Positions 14,290-26,272 of a stretch of DNA of 60,724 nucleotides are shown piece after piece. Position numbers and translations under genes: made by a program. The stretch covers positions 434,001-494,724 of the forward strand of contig JBODTK010000125.1 of the NCBI GenBank assembly GCA_050613775.1, given 5' to 3'. Source of the stretch: Neocallimastix sp. 'constans'. Taxonomy: Eukaryota. The notes under the pieces are model-generated. The model was not told where the DNA came from. It saw only the letters and a program-made list of their open reading frames with translations, and ran no database searches. Position 1 is the stretch's first letter. Each line of letters opens with the position of its first letter.

Positions 14290-15190
14290 TTTTTTTTTTT
14301 TTTTTTTTTTTTTTAGACAGGGAAGAGAATACACTTCCAAAACTTTATTAAATTTTATTTTAAAAAATACATGTAGGTGAAAAGTACATTTGAAATTAAA
14401 AATAAAAAATTTAAAAAATAAAAAAATAAAAAAGCTCGAAAATACTATGTATTTCAGTAAGTTGTACTATGCGGGAATTTTTCCCTTCCTAACAAATAAA
14501 AAAGAAATAAAACCTAGAAGTAACATCTTTAAAATAGATAGTGTGGTGTCCACTAAACTCTCCCCGGATTCATCATCTATTGAACTACTAGGGCAAGATT
14601 CACCCTTCGTAGAAATAGATACTGATCCTGTATTATCATTATGCCTTATCAGTACGACGTCGACGCTCTTGGATAAGTTTGGTATTTTGCAATACCTATC
14701 AAATAATAGCTCAAACGAACTACTTATGATAGGTATTGCACTTGTTCCAAAAATTGTGGGCTTGGCGGAATTCTTAACAAGTGACTCAGATGAACCCTTG
14801 AAAAGTAGTTTATTTAATTGTTTCTGTTCCCCACTATCGAAATGTATCTCATATATTTTTGTTCCTTCTTGGTGGGACTTTAAATGAGATACATTTCGAT
14901 TGATATAATCATTAGAATCAGAAATAGAGTCATAGGAAAAAAGATGATTTAACACTCTAATCTTCCTAGCGAACAAAACATAGAGATCATCGATGAAATT
15001 TAAAGAATTCCATCTAAAAGATAGAAGAGTATTGCATTTAAAAATCCAATGTTCAAAAGATTGTTTATCTTCGCCACAACAGGGGCAAGACTTGGGACAA
15101 TCTTCTGAAACTCTACCCATTCTAATAGCAATAGTAGTATTGTATTTATAACCACAGCGTAAACATATAATCCACGAAAGCCCTAAGTTG
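14290..15190 (-). mobile_element. 5'-truncated LINE retrocopy with poly(A) and 12-bp TSD
   Basis: Reverse-complement copy of ~9682-10550 with poly(T) at 14290-14314. It is flanked by the direct repeat TCTCGAATTGAA at 14278-14289 and 15191-15202. Confidence 0.92.
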
Positions 15191-16054
15191 TCTCGAATTG
15201 AAATAAATAAACTAGCACTTTCTTCTTTATTACGAAATCCAAAATTGACAATGAGCAGTTAAACAAAAAAAAAAACACTCATTCCTAATTTTTAGATTTT
15301 TTATAAAAATCATCAAAAATAATATGACACATCATCATAACATTAACACCAATTAATACACACTTCTAATTATTTCTTAATTTTTTTTTTTTTTTTTGGT
15401 TTTGATCTTTTTTTTTATTTTTTTTTTGTTTTTTTAATTTTTTAAAATCAGTTAACCATTATTTTATCTTATCAATTTTTATATCAAATAAAATTATTGA
15501 CATGGTATTGAAAAAATAATTGTTAAACAAAATTTAACTAAAAGTAAACTATATAAAAAAATAAAAAGATTAAGAATATTTTTTTTTTTGAAATATATAC
15601 TATAGATATATTTTCTTAAATTTTTTTAAATTAATTGTTTACTTTCTTTTTTAATTACATTTATTATTTTTTTTTATTATTATTTTTTCTTTCTTTGTTT
15701 ATTAATTCTATAAAAAAAATTTTTATTATTTAAGTTAAGTTAAAATATTTCATTTATTTTATTTTTATTGCTTTATATTTATATTTTTATTTTTTATTTC
15801 TATACTTTATATATTTTTCTTTCTAATTATTAACTTTAATTATAATTATTTTTAGGTACTTTACTTCTTTTTTAAACTTTTTAAATTTAATATATATATG
15901 TTCATATATTCTATACAATTTTCTATTTTTTTTAATTGATTTAATTAGAATAAATTATATATTATTTACATATATATAATATTTACAAAAATAATAATAA
16001 TAATAAGTTCATTAATTTTAATTTTTAAAATTTATTCCTCTTTTCCTTTTTTAC

Positions 16055-16093
<39 letters not shown>

Positions 16094-16133
16094 ATTTTTA
16101 TTATTCAAACGTTTTTATATTTTTTTAAAAATT

Positions 16134-17732
16134 TTAGAATTCAACTTTAACTTGAAGTTCATTTTCATCCTTAGTATTTTCTTTAACAAATTCAACTTCA
16201 CCAATACAGTTAACTCTACCATTTTCCAAAATTAAAACACGGTCAGCATATTGTTCAGCTTCACTAGTAGAGGTAGTAGTAACAACAATAGTCTTACCAC
16301 GTCTGTGAGCTTCAACAACATTCCAGAAGGCTTCAACATCCTTTTCAGTCATACCAGTAGTTGGTTCATCTAATAAAGCAATTTCTCTGTTACAAAGGAA
16401 AGCAATAGCAACCTTAACCTTGCTCTTTTCAATAACATCAAGCTTACTGTATTTATCAGACTTCTTACCCTTAAAGTTAAGTTCATTTAATATGTCATAA
16501 GCGTTAATTTTATTGTTAACAATACTCTTGTAGAATTCAATATTATCAGCAACAGAAGCTTCTTCGAAAATAGTGTAATCATCTTGTGGGGCAACACTAC
16601 CAACAGTTCTAATAGCACCAATTTGATCCTTATCGAAAGAGTTCATAACTCTTACATCACCATAACTTGGTAAGAAACGACCACCAATCAACTTCATAAT
16701 AGTAGATTTACCAGCACCTTCCTTACCAACAATGGCAAAGATTTCATTCTTGTAAACTTCAAAGCTAACATTCTTAACAGCATCAACAGGAGCTTGCTTT
16801 TTAGGGAAGTAAGTCTTAAAAGCGTGATCAACAGAGATAATAGCACCTTCCTTTTTGGTAGTATCAATCTTAACAGAATTGTTCTTAACTTCATTTTCAT
16901 AGAATTCTCTCTTTTTAAGTTCATTTTTGTTTCTATTTAAGTGATTGAAGAGCTTTTCAAAGATACTACCGAAAGATACATATAAGAGATTGTTGAAGAA
17001 TAACTTTAAGGTAAGGGCAAATACACTGTATTCTCCACCTTGAGTTGGAATTAAATTAAAAGCAGTAATATGTTGATTTTTAACAGAAGCATGTTGGAAG
17101 TTGTCAATAATTGTACCAATAGTAACTGGTGAGACAAATAAGCAAAGAGTTTCTTTAACATTAGGAGGAATTCTTGACATTGGGAAATAAGCACCAACGA
17201 AACTTAAGTTGAATATGGTAACAACAATAGCACCAATTACAGGAACTGGAACATAACAACTAACCCAGAAGGCAACAGTAATAGCAGAAATTTGGAAGAG
17301 GTAGAAGTCAACGAAGATTGGGAGGAAGCCAACAGTTGGGAAAAGTTTAAGAACGTGAACAACAATACAAACAACAAGAGCAGTTGGTAAAATAAGAATA
17401 CCATAAGTGAAAATCCAACCCCAATGGTATTTTACACTACCAAAACCATTAGCAAGTTGAAATTGCTTACGTAAAATAACTCTTTCTCTAATAACATCAT
17501 AAGCAGCAGTAAAAGTGTAAAGCATATATAATAAGAATGTTACAACAGAAATAAGAATACCATAGAAAGATGGTTTTCCATCAACAACAGTAGTTTCTCT
17601 TTTCCAGTTCTTTCCAACTACAACAGCTCCAAAGAACATTACGAGAGGAATGAAAAATAAAATTAAAGCTTTAACAGGATGAGAAAACTTGTATTTAAGT
17701 TGAGCTTTAACGTATTGAATAACAGCACCCAT
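16134..17732 (-). CDS. ABC transporter, ABCA-like half-size (TMD-NBD), with degenerate nucleotide-binding motifs
   Basis: Uninterrupted 532-aa ORF with about 6 hydrophobic segments followed by AVKNVSFEV, Walker A GKEGAGKST, Q-loop APQDD, Walker B ALLDEPTTG and EAEQYADRV. Codon bias is strong. Confidence 0.9.
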   Translation of the reverse strand: MGAVIQYVKAQLKYKFSHPVKALILFFIPLVMFFGAVVVGKNWKRETTVVDGKPSFYGILISVVTFLLYMLYTFTAAYDVIRERVILRKQFQLANGFGSVKYHWGWIFTYGILILPTALVVCIVVHVLKLFPTVGFLPIFVDFYLFQISAITVAFWVSCYVPVPVIGAIVVTIFNLSFVGAYFPMSRIPPNVKETLCLFVSPVTIGTIIDNFQHASVKNQHITAFNLIPTQGGEYSVFALTLKLFFNNLLYVSFGSIFEKLFNHLNRNKNELKKREFYENEVKNNSVKIDTTKKEGAIISVDHAFKTYFPKKQAPVDAVKNVSFEVYKNEIFAIVGKEGAGKSTIMKLIGGRFLPSYGDVRVMNSFDKDQIGAIRTVGSVAPQDDYTIFEEASVADNIEFYKSIVNNKINAYDILNELNFKGKKSDKYSKLDVIEKSKVKVAIAFLCNREIALLDEPTTGMTEKDVEAFWNVVEAHRRGKTIVVTTTSTSEAEQYADRVLILENGRVNCIGEVEFVKENTKDENELQVKVEF

Positions 17733-18456
17733 TTTATCTAAATTAATATATTTATTTATTTAAAAATATATATTTATTTCAAATTAATATCATATTTTAA
17801 ATGTATTATTTTTATAAAGTTTATTTTTTTAATATACATATTATTTCTTTTAATTCTCATTGATATTCTATATTTTTTAACTATTAATAACTTCAAACAC
17901 ATTAAATAAAATAAAAATATAAATATACCTTTTTTTTTTGTTTTTATTTAAATTAGTTTTAAATTATAAATTAAATTAGTTTTTATTATTAATTTTTTAT
18001 TTTATTATTATACTTAAATAATTTTTTCTAGAGTTAAGTTAAATACGATAGTATTTATTTTTATTATTTTTTAAATAAATATAATAAATTTATTTATATT
18101 TATTATTTAACTCTTAATTTTTTTTTTTTTTTATTTTAAAAAATTTTTTTTTTACTATTTGAAGATTAAAATTTAGAGGAAAAATGTTTATTTTTATAAT
18201 TGATTTTTTTTTTTTTTTTTTTTTTTTATCTATTATCATTTTATAATATTAATATATTAATTATTTAATCTTATTTAATTTCAGAAACAATTTAATTTTT
18301 TTTTTCCTTTTTTTTTTTTTTTTTTTCTTAGGTTGTAAGGTTGACATAAAAAAGATTAATATTTAAAGTTTAATGGCACTAATTAATTTTTAATATATTA
18401 ATTTTTTTTTTTCTTTTTTACTTAAATAAGAATTAAAATATTAGATATTAAATAAT

Positions 18457-18496
<40 letters not shown>

Positions 18497-19125
18497 ATAA
18501 ACCTTCGATTAACATAGAATTGAACCAAATAAGGATATTACATTTTAAATGTTCAATTTTTAAAGAAATCTAATTAAAATAATTTAATTAATTAATTATA
18601 TATATATTTTTTTTTTATTAAAAATGTTTCAATTAATATTGAAATATATTACAGTATAAAGGAATAAACTAATTAGTGTATTTAAACACAAGAGATAAAA
18701 AAAAAAATAATAAAATAATAATTCAAATAAATAATATTAGTATTAAGTAAACAAAAATCCCTTTTCAGAAAAAAACTAAAAGAAAATTATCTTTATGATA
18801 TGATTGAAATTTCAACACAACAGTAAAAGATAAATATAATAAAATTTTAAATGGATATATTTAATATTTTAAATTCAATAAAAAAAAATCTAAATTAATA
18901 TTTCCTAAGAAAATTTGTATAAAAATAATTCTTTAAGAGTGGATTGAAATTTTAAAATATCATATCAACTAATATAATTTCATTTGTTTAAATTTTATAT
19001 TATTTAATAAATTAAAATTTGAAAATAATTATGTATAGGTATAGTTTTGTAATAGTCAATTTCCTTTTATTTAAAATTTATATTTATGTTTTTTATTATT
19101 TATTATTTATTATTTTATTATTATC

Positions 19126-19172
<47 letters not shown>

Positions 19173-22100
19173 TTATTCATTTTGTATTATTTACTATATT
19201 ATTTATTTATATATTTATTTATTTATTTATTTATTTACTCATTTATTTATATACTTATTTAATTATTTATTATTTAATTATTTATTATTTATTAATTAAT
19301 TATTCATTTTGTAATATTTACTATTTTATTATTTATTTATTTATATACTTATTTATTTATATATTATTAAATAGGATGATATAAAAAACTGAACCTTTTT
19401 TTTTGTCATTATTAGAATTATATGTTAAATTATTATTGATTTAATTTATTTATTTATATATTAATTTATTTATTTATTTATTAGATATAATTAAAAATAA
19501 TAATAAAGTTATGAGAAAACAAATTTAAAATGTTTATATAAAGATCATAGAAAAATTACTATGAAAGGATTTTTTTTATATCATAATTTATTTATTTATT
19601 TATTTATTTATCTATTTTATTTATTATTCATATATTTATTTGTTCCTTTATTTAATATATAAATATAAAATACATACTTAAATATATTCAATAATGTTTA
19701 ACTTTTTAATTTATTTCTAATTCTTTTTCTATTTTATAAATTTTTATATGCAATTTATTAATATATATTTGTACTACCTAAAAAAAAATTTTATAGATTA
19801 ATAAAAATATTTGTTTCCTAACTTGATTTATTTAAAAATTCAATTAAAACATATATTATAGTATTGAATAGATTATAGTAATAAATTAATTATAATATAT
19901 ATCTTAATATATTCTAAATTTAAAATATATGAAATTTATATATTTTAAATATATAAAATTATTTCTATTCTTCATACTACTTTTTTCAATTTTAACTCTA
20001 GTTTTATATATTTTTTCCATCTACGATGATTATATATATTCAATAAATATTGAAAAGATAAATCATTTTTCCATACTTTATACCATTAATTGATGGTTAA
20101 ACGAATATAAAAAATAAATAGATAAATTGAAATAACTGCTTTTTTAGTATTTATAATATTTGGAAATATATGTTATTATAAAATGTTAGATATCCATAAT
20201 GCCATTTTATTAAATTATATATAATGTATCTATTAAATTATATTAACCATGATTTAATTCTTAATCATTATTTAAATTTTTTTTATTAAAATAAAAATTA
20301 AATTTTTTTTTATATTAAATTTGGATGAAAAGTTTAATAATTATAAAAATTTATACTATATTCATTGAAAAGAAAAAAAAATAAAAATTAATCTTTTTTT
20401 TTTTTTTTGTAATAAAAAAACATATTAAATAAAATAAATTAAAAAAAAAAAGTTTTCTTTTAATTTACGATGTTTTATAACATATTTTTTTAGAAAAAAT
20501 TATAAAATAAAAAAAAATAATAGGAATAATAATAATATATAAAATAGAAAAAAAAGAATATTTATAAAAAATGAAGTAATTATAAAATGAAAAATTTTTA
20601 TATAATTTAATTTAAATTAATAATAACAAATAGCAAATAATAATATATTATTAGTAATTAAAATAATATAAAATAATACATATTAATAATAATAAATATA
20701 TAATCTGTTATAGAATTACTTTTAAGAATATTTGATATGTCTTTCTTGTTGTATCTTGATAGTTAGTACTCAGGGGCTAACACTCATCGGATTTCTAGAT
20801 CAACCATATATGCATATCTTATTAATTTTATATGGGGTACTTTTTCCCTACCTTGAATTTTCCCTATAAACATAAAGTTCAATTACCAATGGTAAATATG
20901 ATTTACATATAGTCTCGGAACCTTGTGTTAAAGTTCCACTTACTTGGGACGGTCAAATAATAATATTTTCTCTCAATTAATAAGAATTGTTAATACATTA
21001 CATGTACTATCAAATCTAGTTAATTAAGAGAAAAGCTAACTCTTCGTCAATCTTGATGAAAATATAAAACCAAAAAGAATTTAAAATATATTAATATTAA
21101 TAAAAAGATATATATATATAACTATTATAGAGTTTATTAAAATTATTATTTATTAAAAAAAATTTATTACATATATTAAGTACTTTGAATCATTAATTTT
21201 ATGAAATAAAATAATAAATTCAATATTAAAATTAATGAAGAGTATTTATTAGTTACATTTATCAAACATTCCGTTTAATTTTTATTAACTTTAAATTAGT
21301 ATATAATAATTATTAAAATTATTTAATTATAATAATTAGTAATATTTTTTTTTTAATTTCAATTCATCTTTATTCATCTTTTTTTTTTTTTATTTTGCTT
21401 TTAAATTATTATAGTAAATACAAAAGCAAAAAGATTAATAAAATATATTCCTATTTTATTAATCTTTTTGCTTTTGTATATAAAACAAAAAATTCAATAA
21501 ACTAATTAATATATTTCTATATTTAAAAAATTATAAAAAATAATGAAAAATCTGAGGAAAATTATACACAAAAATTGACCCTTTTAATATTTAAAATTAA
21601 TTATTAAAGATTTTCATGCTATAAAAATCTGTTTTATAATAATTTAATATAGTTAATATTAAGTAAATTGAAACATGAATGATTATATATATATATGATT
21701 TTACTTTAAATTATAAAATTAATATATATAATGTAACATAACCTTTTTCATTAACATTTTATGAGAAAGAAATGTTAAGAAAAAATTTTTTTTTTTGTTT
21801 ATATGTTTCGCTTTTGTTCCTAGTTTTATTTTCTATATTATAGAATTTTTAATTATATTAAATAATAAATTATAAATAATACTTTAAAAACTATAAAACT
21901 TAATATATATGATTCATTGATTTTTTATTTTATTTTCTTTTATTTTAATTTTATTTTATTTTATTTTTATTAATTCGAATAACTTTAATTTTTTAAAAAA
22001 AAAAAAAAAAAAATTAAAAAAAAAAAATTCTCTTACCCTATTATATTCACTGATACATTTATTTACTAAATTTTAAATTTTATGATTAACGGGTTAAAAA

Positions 22101-22383
22101 AGTTTAATAAGAAATTTGGTTAAAAAATAATTATAAATAAAGTTCATTATCTAATTATTTGTTAATAAAATTAATTTTAAATAAGATTTTATAATATTTC
22201 TATTTTGAATTTGATGAAACAATAATTTTTATATATAATACACCTAATATAAAAAAAAAAAAAATTTAGTCTTATTAATAAATACATTTTTCTTTATCAC
22301 AAATATTTATTGTTAAAAATCTCTATTTTGTTTTGTTCATTTACTCTCTTTATTTATTTGAATCAAAAGATTTTTTTTTTAAA

Positions 22384-24190
22384 GAATACATAATTTAATA
22401 ATATTTATACATATAAAATACATTTAGTGGATCATACATATTACAATACATTAAATACATGCTTTCATACATTAATTTTATACAAAAGAGATGATCTAAT
22501 AGAAAAATAAAAAATTTAATTATTATCATAAACCATATAAATTATATATCATTATTATTATATATCCTATTTATTTGTAATATACTATTTTAATATTAAA
22601 AAGATATTAATTAAAATGTTAAATTATAATAAATAAAAATATTAAATGAAATGTTAATTAAATTTTATACTAAAAATACTAATTTTCTAATATTCCCCAC
22701 TAAACTAGTATTGAAAATCATTGTTTACTAGGAAAAATTGCTATTTTTAATATTTTATAAATACTAATAATTTTTTACTTAACCGTCGTTGAACAACCCA
22801 AATTTTTCTAAATTAAGTAACTATTATTCACATTAGAAATATTATTATTGTATATTTTAGTTATCTCATTATTAAGGATATTATCATTCATAACTAAATC
22901 CTTATAGTTGCTATGATTACATTTTATTATCATCATAAATATTATTATTAAAATAATTATTCAAATAATAACTAATATTGTTCTCTTTATGAAAAATGAT
23001 TATGTTTTCTATTATATTCGGTGTATTATATTATTGTGTTCAAAATTTTTTTTTTTTTTTTTTTTTTTATACATTAACTATGAGTCAATATCATAATATA
23101 TTTCAATGTTACTAATTTCATCTAGTAGGATATTCTAATATTTTATCAACATCGTCTGAAATACTGAACTTTACTTCCAAGAAGTCTAATTTATTTCCCC
23201 GGTAGCCCTATAAATAGATAATTTAATTTTTTCCTGTTTCTAATTTTATTATTTAATTTTTTTAAACTTATGACTTTTGTACGTTGTCTAAAAATTCCTT
23301 TGATGTATTTTGAGGTTTCTTTATCGCTATAGACCTTCATGTATTCTAACTTTCTGAAGATCTTTAGTACTTTATTTATTTCTTCTTCATAGTATTTATT
23401 TTTGAGTACTTATAATATTAAGTATTCTAAATTCTTTTATTCATTTTTGATTCTAATAACTGTTTTTATTTTTTTTCATTCATCAATTTTCTTAAAAAAA
23501 CTTAGAACTTTAAAATTGTTCATTTTGAGTTCTTTAAAATTTTTCTTTCACCTTCCTCAGATATAAGGTACCCTTTCCCTTGTCATCTTTATTGGAATAT
23601 TCATTCTTTGTTTCTTTTATAATATAACTTATATTTTTTTTTTCAGTATACTCACTTAATCCAGGGCCATGGAGCTCTATAATGAAGTCCTCATACCATT
23701 CATTATTATTATCCTCACTCCGGATATATTTCATTCTATTTAAATTTATTTCAGTCATTCCGTTCATTTTATAGATATATTTATATATTATTAATATTAT
23801 TTAATATACTATTAAATATTAAATACTAATTACGAATTACGAATTACTAAACATTAAAATAGTAATTCCCTAAGTCCTAATACGTTTCTTATTTATGTAT
23901 ATGTATATTCAAGTGTCATTAATCTTGAATACTCCAATTATACTAAATATCTAAATCACATAATTTCCTAATTTGCTAAGTATTCTAAATTTCTACACAA
24001 ACTCATAGAGTCAATTAAGACTATTCATCTCTTTAAAAAATCACAATGCTTTATTTATTTACTAACTGTTTTTATTTGAAGTAAAAGGCTTAATTTTTTA
24101 ATAATACATAATTTAATGATAATTATACATGTAAATACATTCAATGGATCATACATATTTTAATACATTAAATACATGTTTTCATATTAA
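22384..24190 (-). mobile_element. Degraded Copia-type LTR element with gag remnant
   Basis: ~90-bp diverged direct repeats lie at ~22384-22470 and ~24102-24190. Minus-strand GGGGAATATTAGAA at ~22685-22698 resembles the PPT/LTR start of element A (GGGGAATGTTAGAA). ORF 23534-23767 (NNNEWYEDFIIELHGPGLSEY) looks like a Copia gag N-terminus. Boundaries are approximate. Confidence 0.5.
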
Positions 24191-24417
24191 TTATATAAAA
24201 GTACATTATAGAAAAAAAATTAATTAAGAGGGTAAGGTAAATGATTTTATGTGTTCATGTAGATATATTCTACTAAATTGTAATCTTTCTGACAGTTATG
24301 CAATCTCCAGGGAGATAGAACAATTATACATGGGTTAGGTTATAATGGCCTCACTTTAAAGAAGCACTCGGAGAAGTGGTACTAGTTAAAAATCTCAGAA
24401 ACTATATGCATGACAGA

Positions 24418-24560
24418 GCGTCAATGCTGAAACACTCAGGTCGTCCAGAAAGGACAATTCTGCCTTTTTAAAAAGGAAGTGTATGACTACCTCAATATTC
24501 CCACTGCTCCTGAGGGGGGGGGGCTGAATTCAAGAGCGGTACATACCAAAAATAAAAAAA
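24418..24560 (+). repeat. Dispersed ~130-bp repeat with A-rich tail (LINE 3' end or SINE-like)
   Basis: Homologous to the reverse complement of 43042-43168, sharing AAGGACAATTCTGCCTTT.TAAAAAGGAAGTGT.TGACTACCTCAATATTCC.ACTGCTCCTGAG. Confidence 0.8.
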
Positions 24561-26224
24561 GAATTTTTTTTAGTATTTTCTTATTTATTTATTTAAATAT
24601 ATTTACTTTTATATTAATTTATGCAATTTTTTTGTATTTATTTTAAATTATATTTATATATATTTTTTATAATATAATTTATATTTATGAATGTATTTAT
24701 AAATATAAATATGTAAAATATAAAAAATTATTTAAAATTAAAAATAATTAATATAAGTTCTTTATAGTCATATGCATTTTTATAATGATATGTAATAATG
24801 CTTCTAAATTCCTTTAAAAAAAAAAAATAAAAATAAAATTCAAAAAGTTTAAAATTTAAAGTTTATTTACAGAAAACTATAATAAAAAATTTTTTTAAAA
24901 CATTTTATTTTTATTTTTTTTATTTAATAAAATATATCAAAATATTAACAAAAATAAATAAATATTTATACCGAATAATTTATGTAAATGTACTATTAAA
25001 CTAGTATAAAAGTTAATATATTAACATAAATTTTAATATCCAATATATTGATTTAGAATAATATAAATTTTTCTTTTTTTTTTTTTTTTTTTTTTTTATA
25101 TCTTTTTTTAGTTTAATAAAACATTAGGACATAATTTTTATAATTAATTTAATATTAAAATATAATAGGTTTTAATAATAAAAAAAATATATATATATTT
25201 GTTTACTTTAATAATTATTATATATAATATTTTAGAATTAATAAATAGAGTTCAAAAAAAAAAAAATTTTTTTTTTAATAATTTTGTATTAAATATTTTA
25301 AATAGTCTTTTCAATATATTAATATATTGATACAATATATATTTCTTTAATCTATAATTATCAAATTATAAAGCCACAAATTAATTAATAATTAATTAAT
25401 TAATTAATTAATTACGGGAATCAATTTTTTTTATATATAATTTCTATGGGATAATTCACTTAATTAAAAAATATACATATTAGGAAACTATAATTTATAT
25501 AATTTATATTAATAAATATTAATATATAATTAGAATAGAATTCATAAAAGACTATAAAAAATCATAAAATAAATAAATAAATAAATAGATAAAAAAAAGA
25601 ATTATGAAGTAAAAAAAAAAAAGTACGAATAAATAAAAGAAGAATATTAAAAATTAATTTCTATGATAATCATAATTTTAAATGGAAATGAAAATATTCA
25701 AAGAAGAAATATAAATTAATAATTATATATATTAAGTAATTGGAAAAATTAAATATTAGAAATGTTCCCATATAATATTTGATTATCTTGAAATATTCAA
25801 AACATAAAAGGAAATAAAAAAAGAAAGAAAGAAAGAAAGAAAGAAAAATAAATTATGGTAATAATAATAATAATAGTAAATTTACTATCATTAAATAAAC
25901 CTTTTTTATCAATTTAATATATTATTTGTAAACATATTCCTAAAGTAATTAAAAAAATAAACCAAAATAAACCAAAATAAAATAAAATAAATAATACTAT
26001 ATATGATAATACATGATATAAATAATACTATATATGACAATACATGATATAAATAATACTATATACGATATACTAAAACAAAAAATGAATAAAAAGTTAT
26101 TTAATATAGATATTTTTTTTCTATATATAATTTATTATATATATCATTTATATATTGATAAAATTTTTTTCACAAAGTACATTGCTTGAAGTTTATATTT
26201 TATTTTCTTATTTAAATTTGGATG

Positions 26225-26272
<48 letters not shown>

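Noticed and set aside
9682..15190. Large inverted repeat (9682-10550 vs 14290-15190) as TIRs of a DNA transposon
   Set aside because: It is explained by an independent LINE retrocopy with its own poly(A) and TSD.
24333..24345. Telomere seed (GGTTAGGTTA, also 44699)
   Set aside because: Only two imperfect units are present, embedded in a dispersed repeat.
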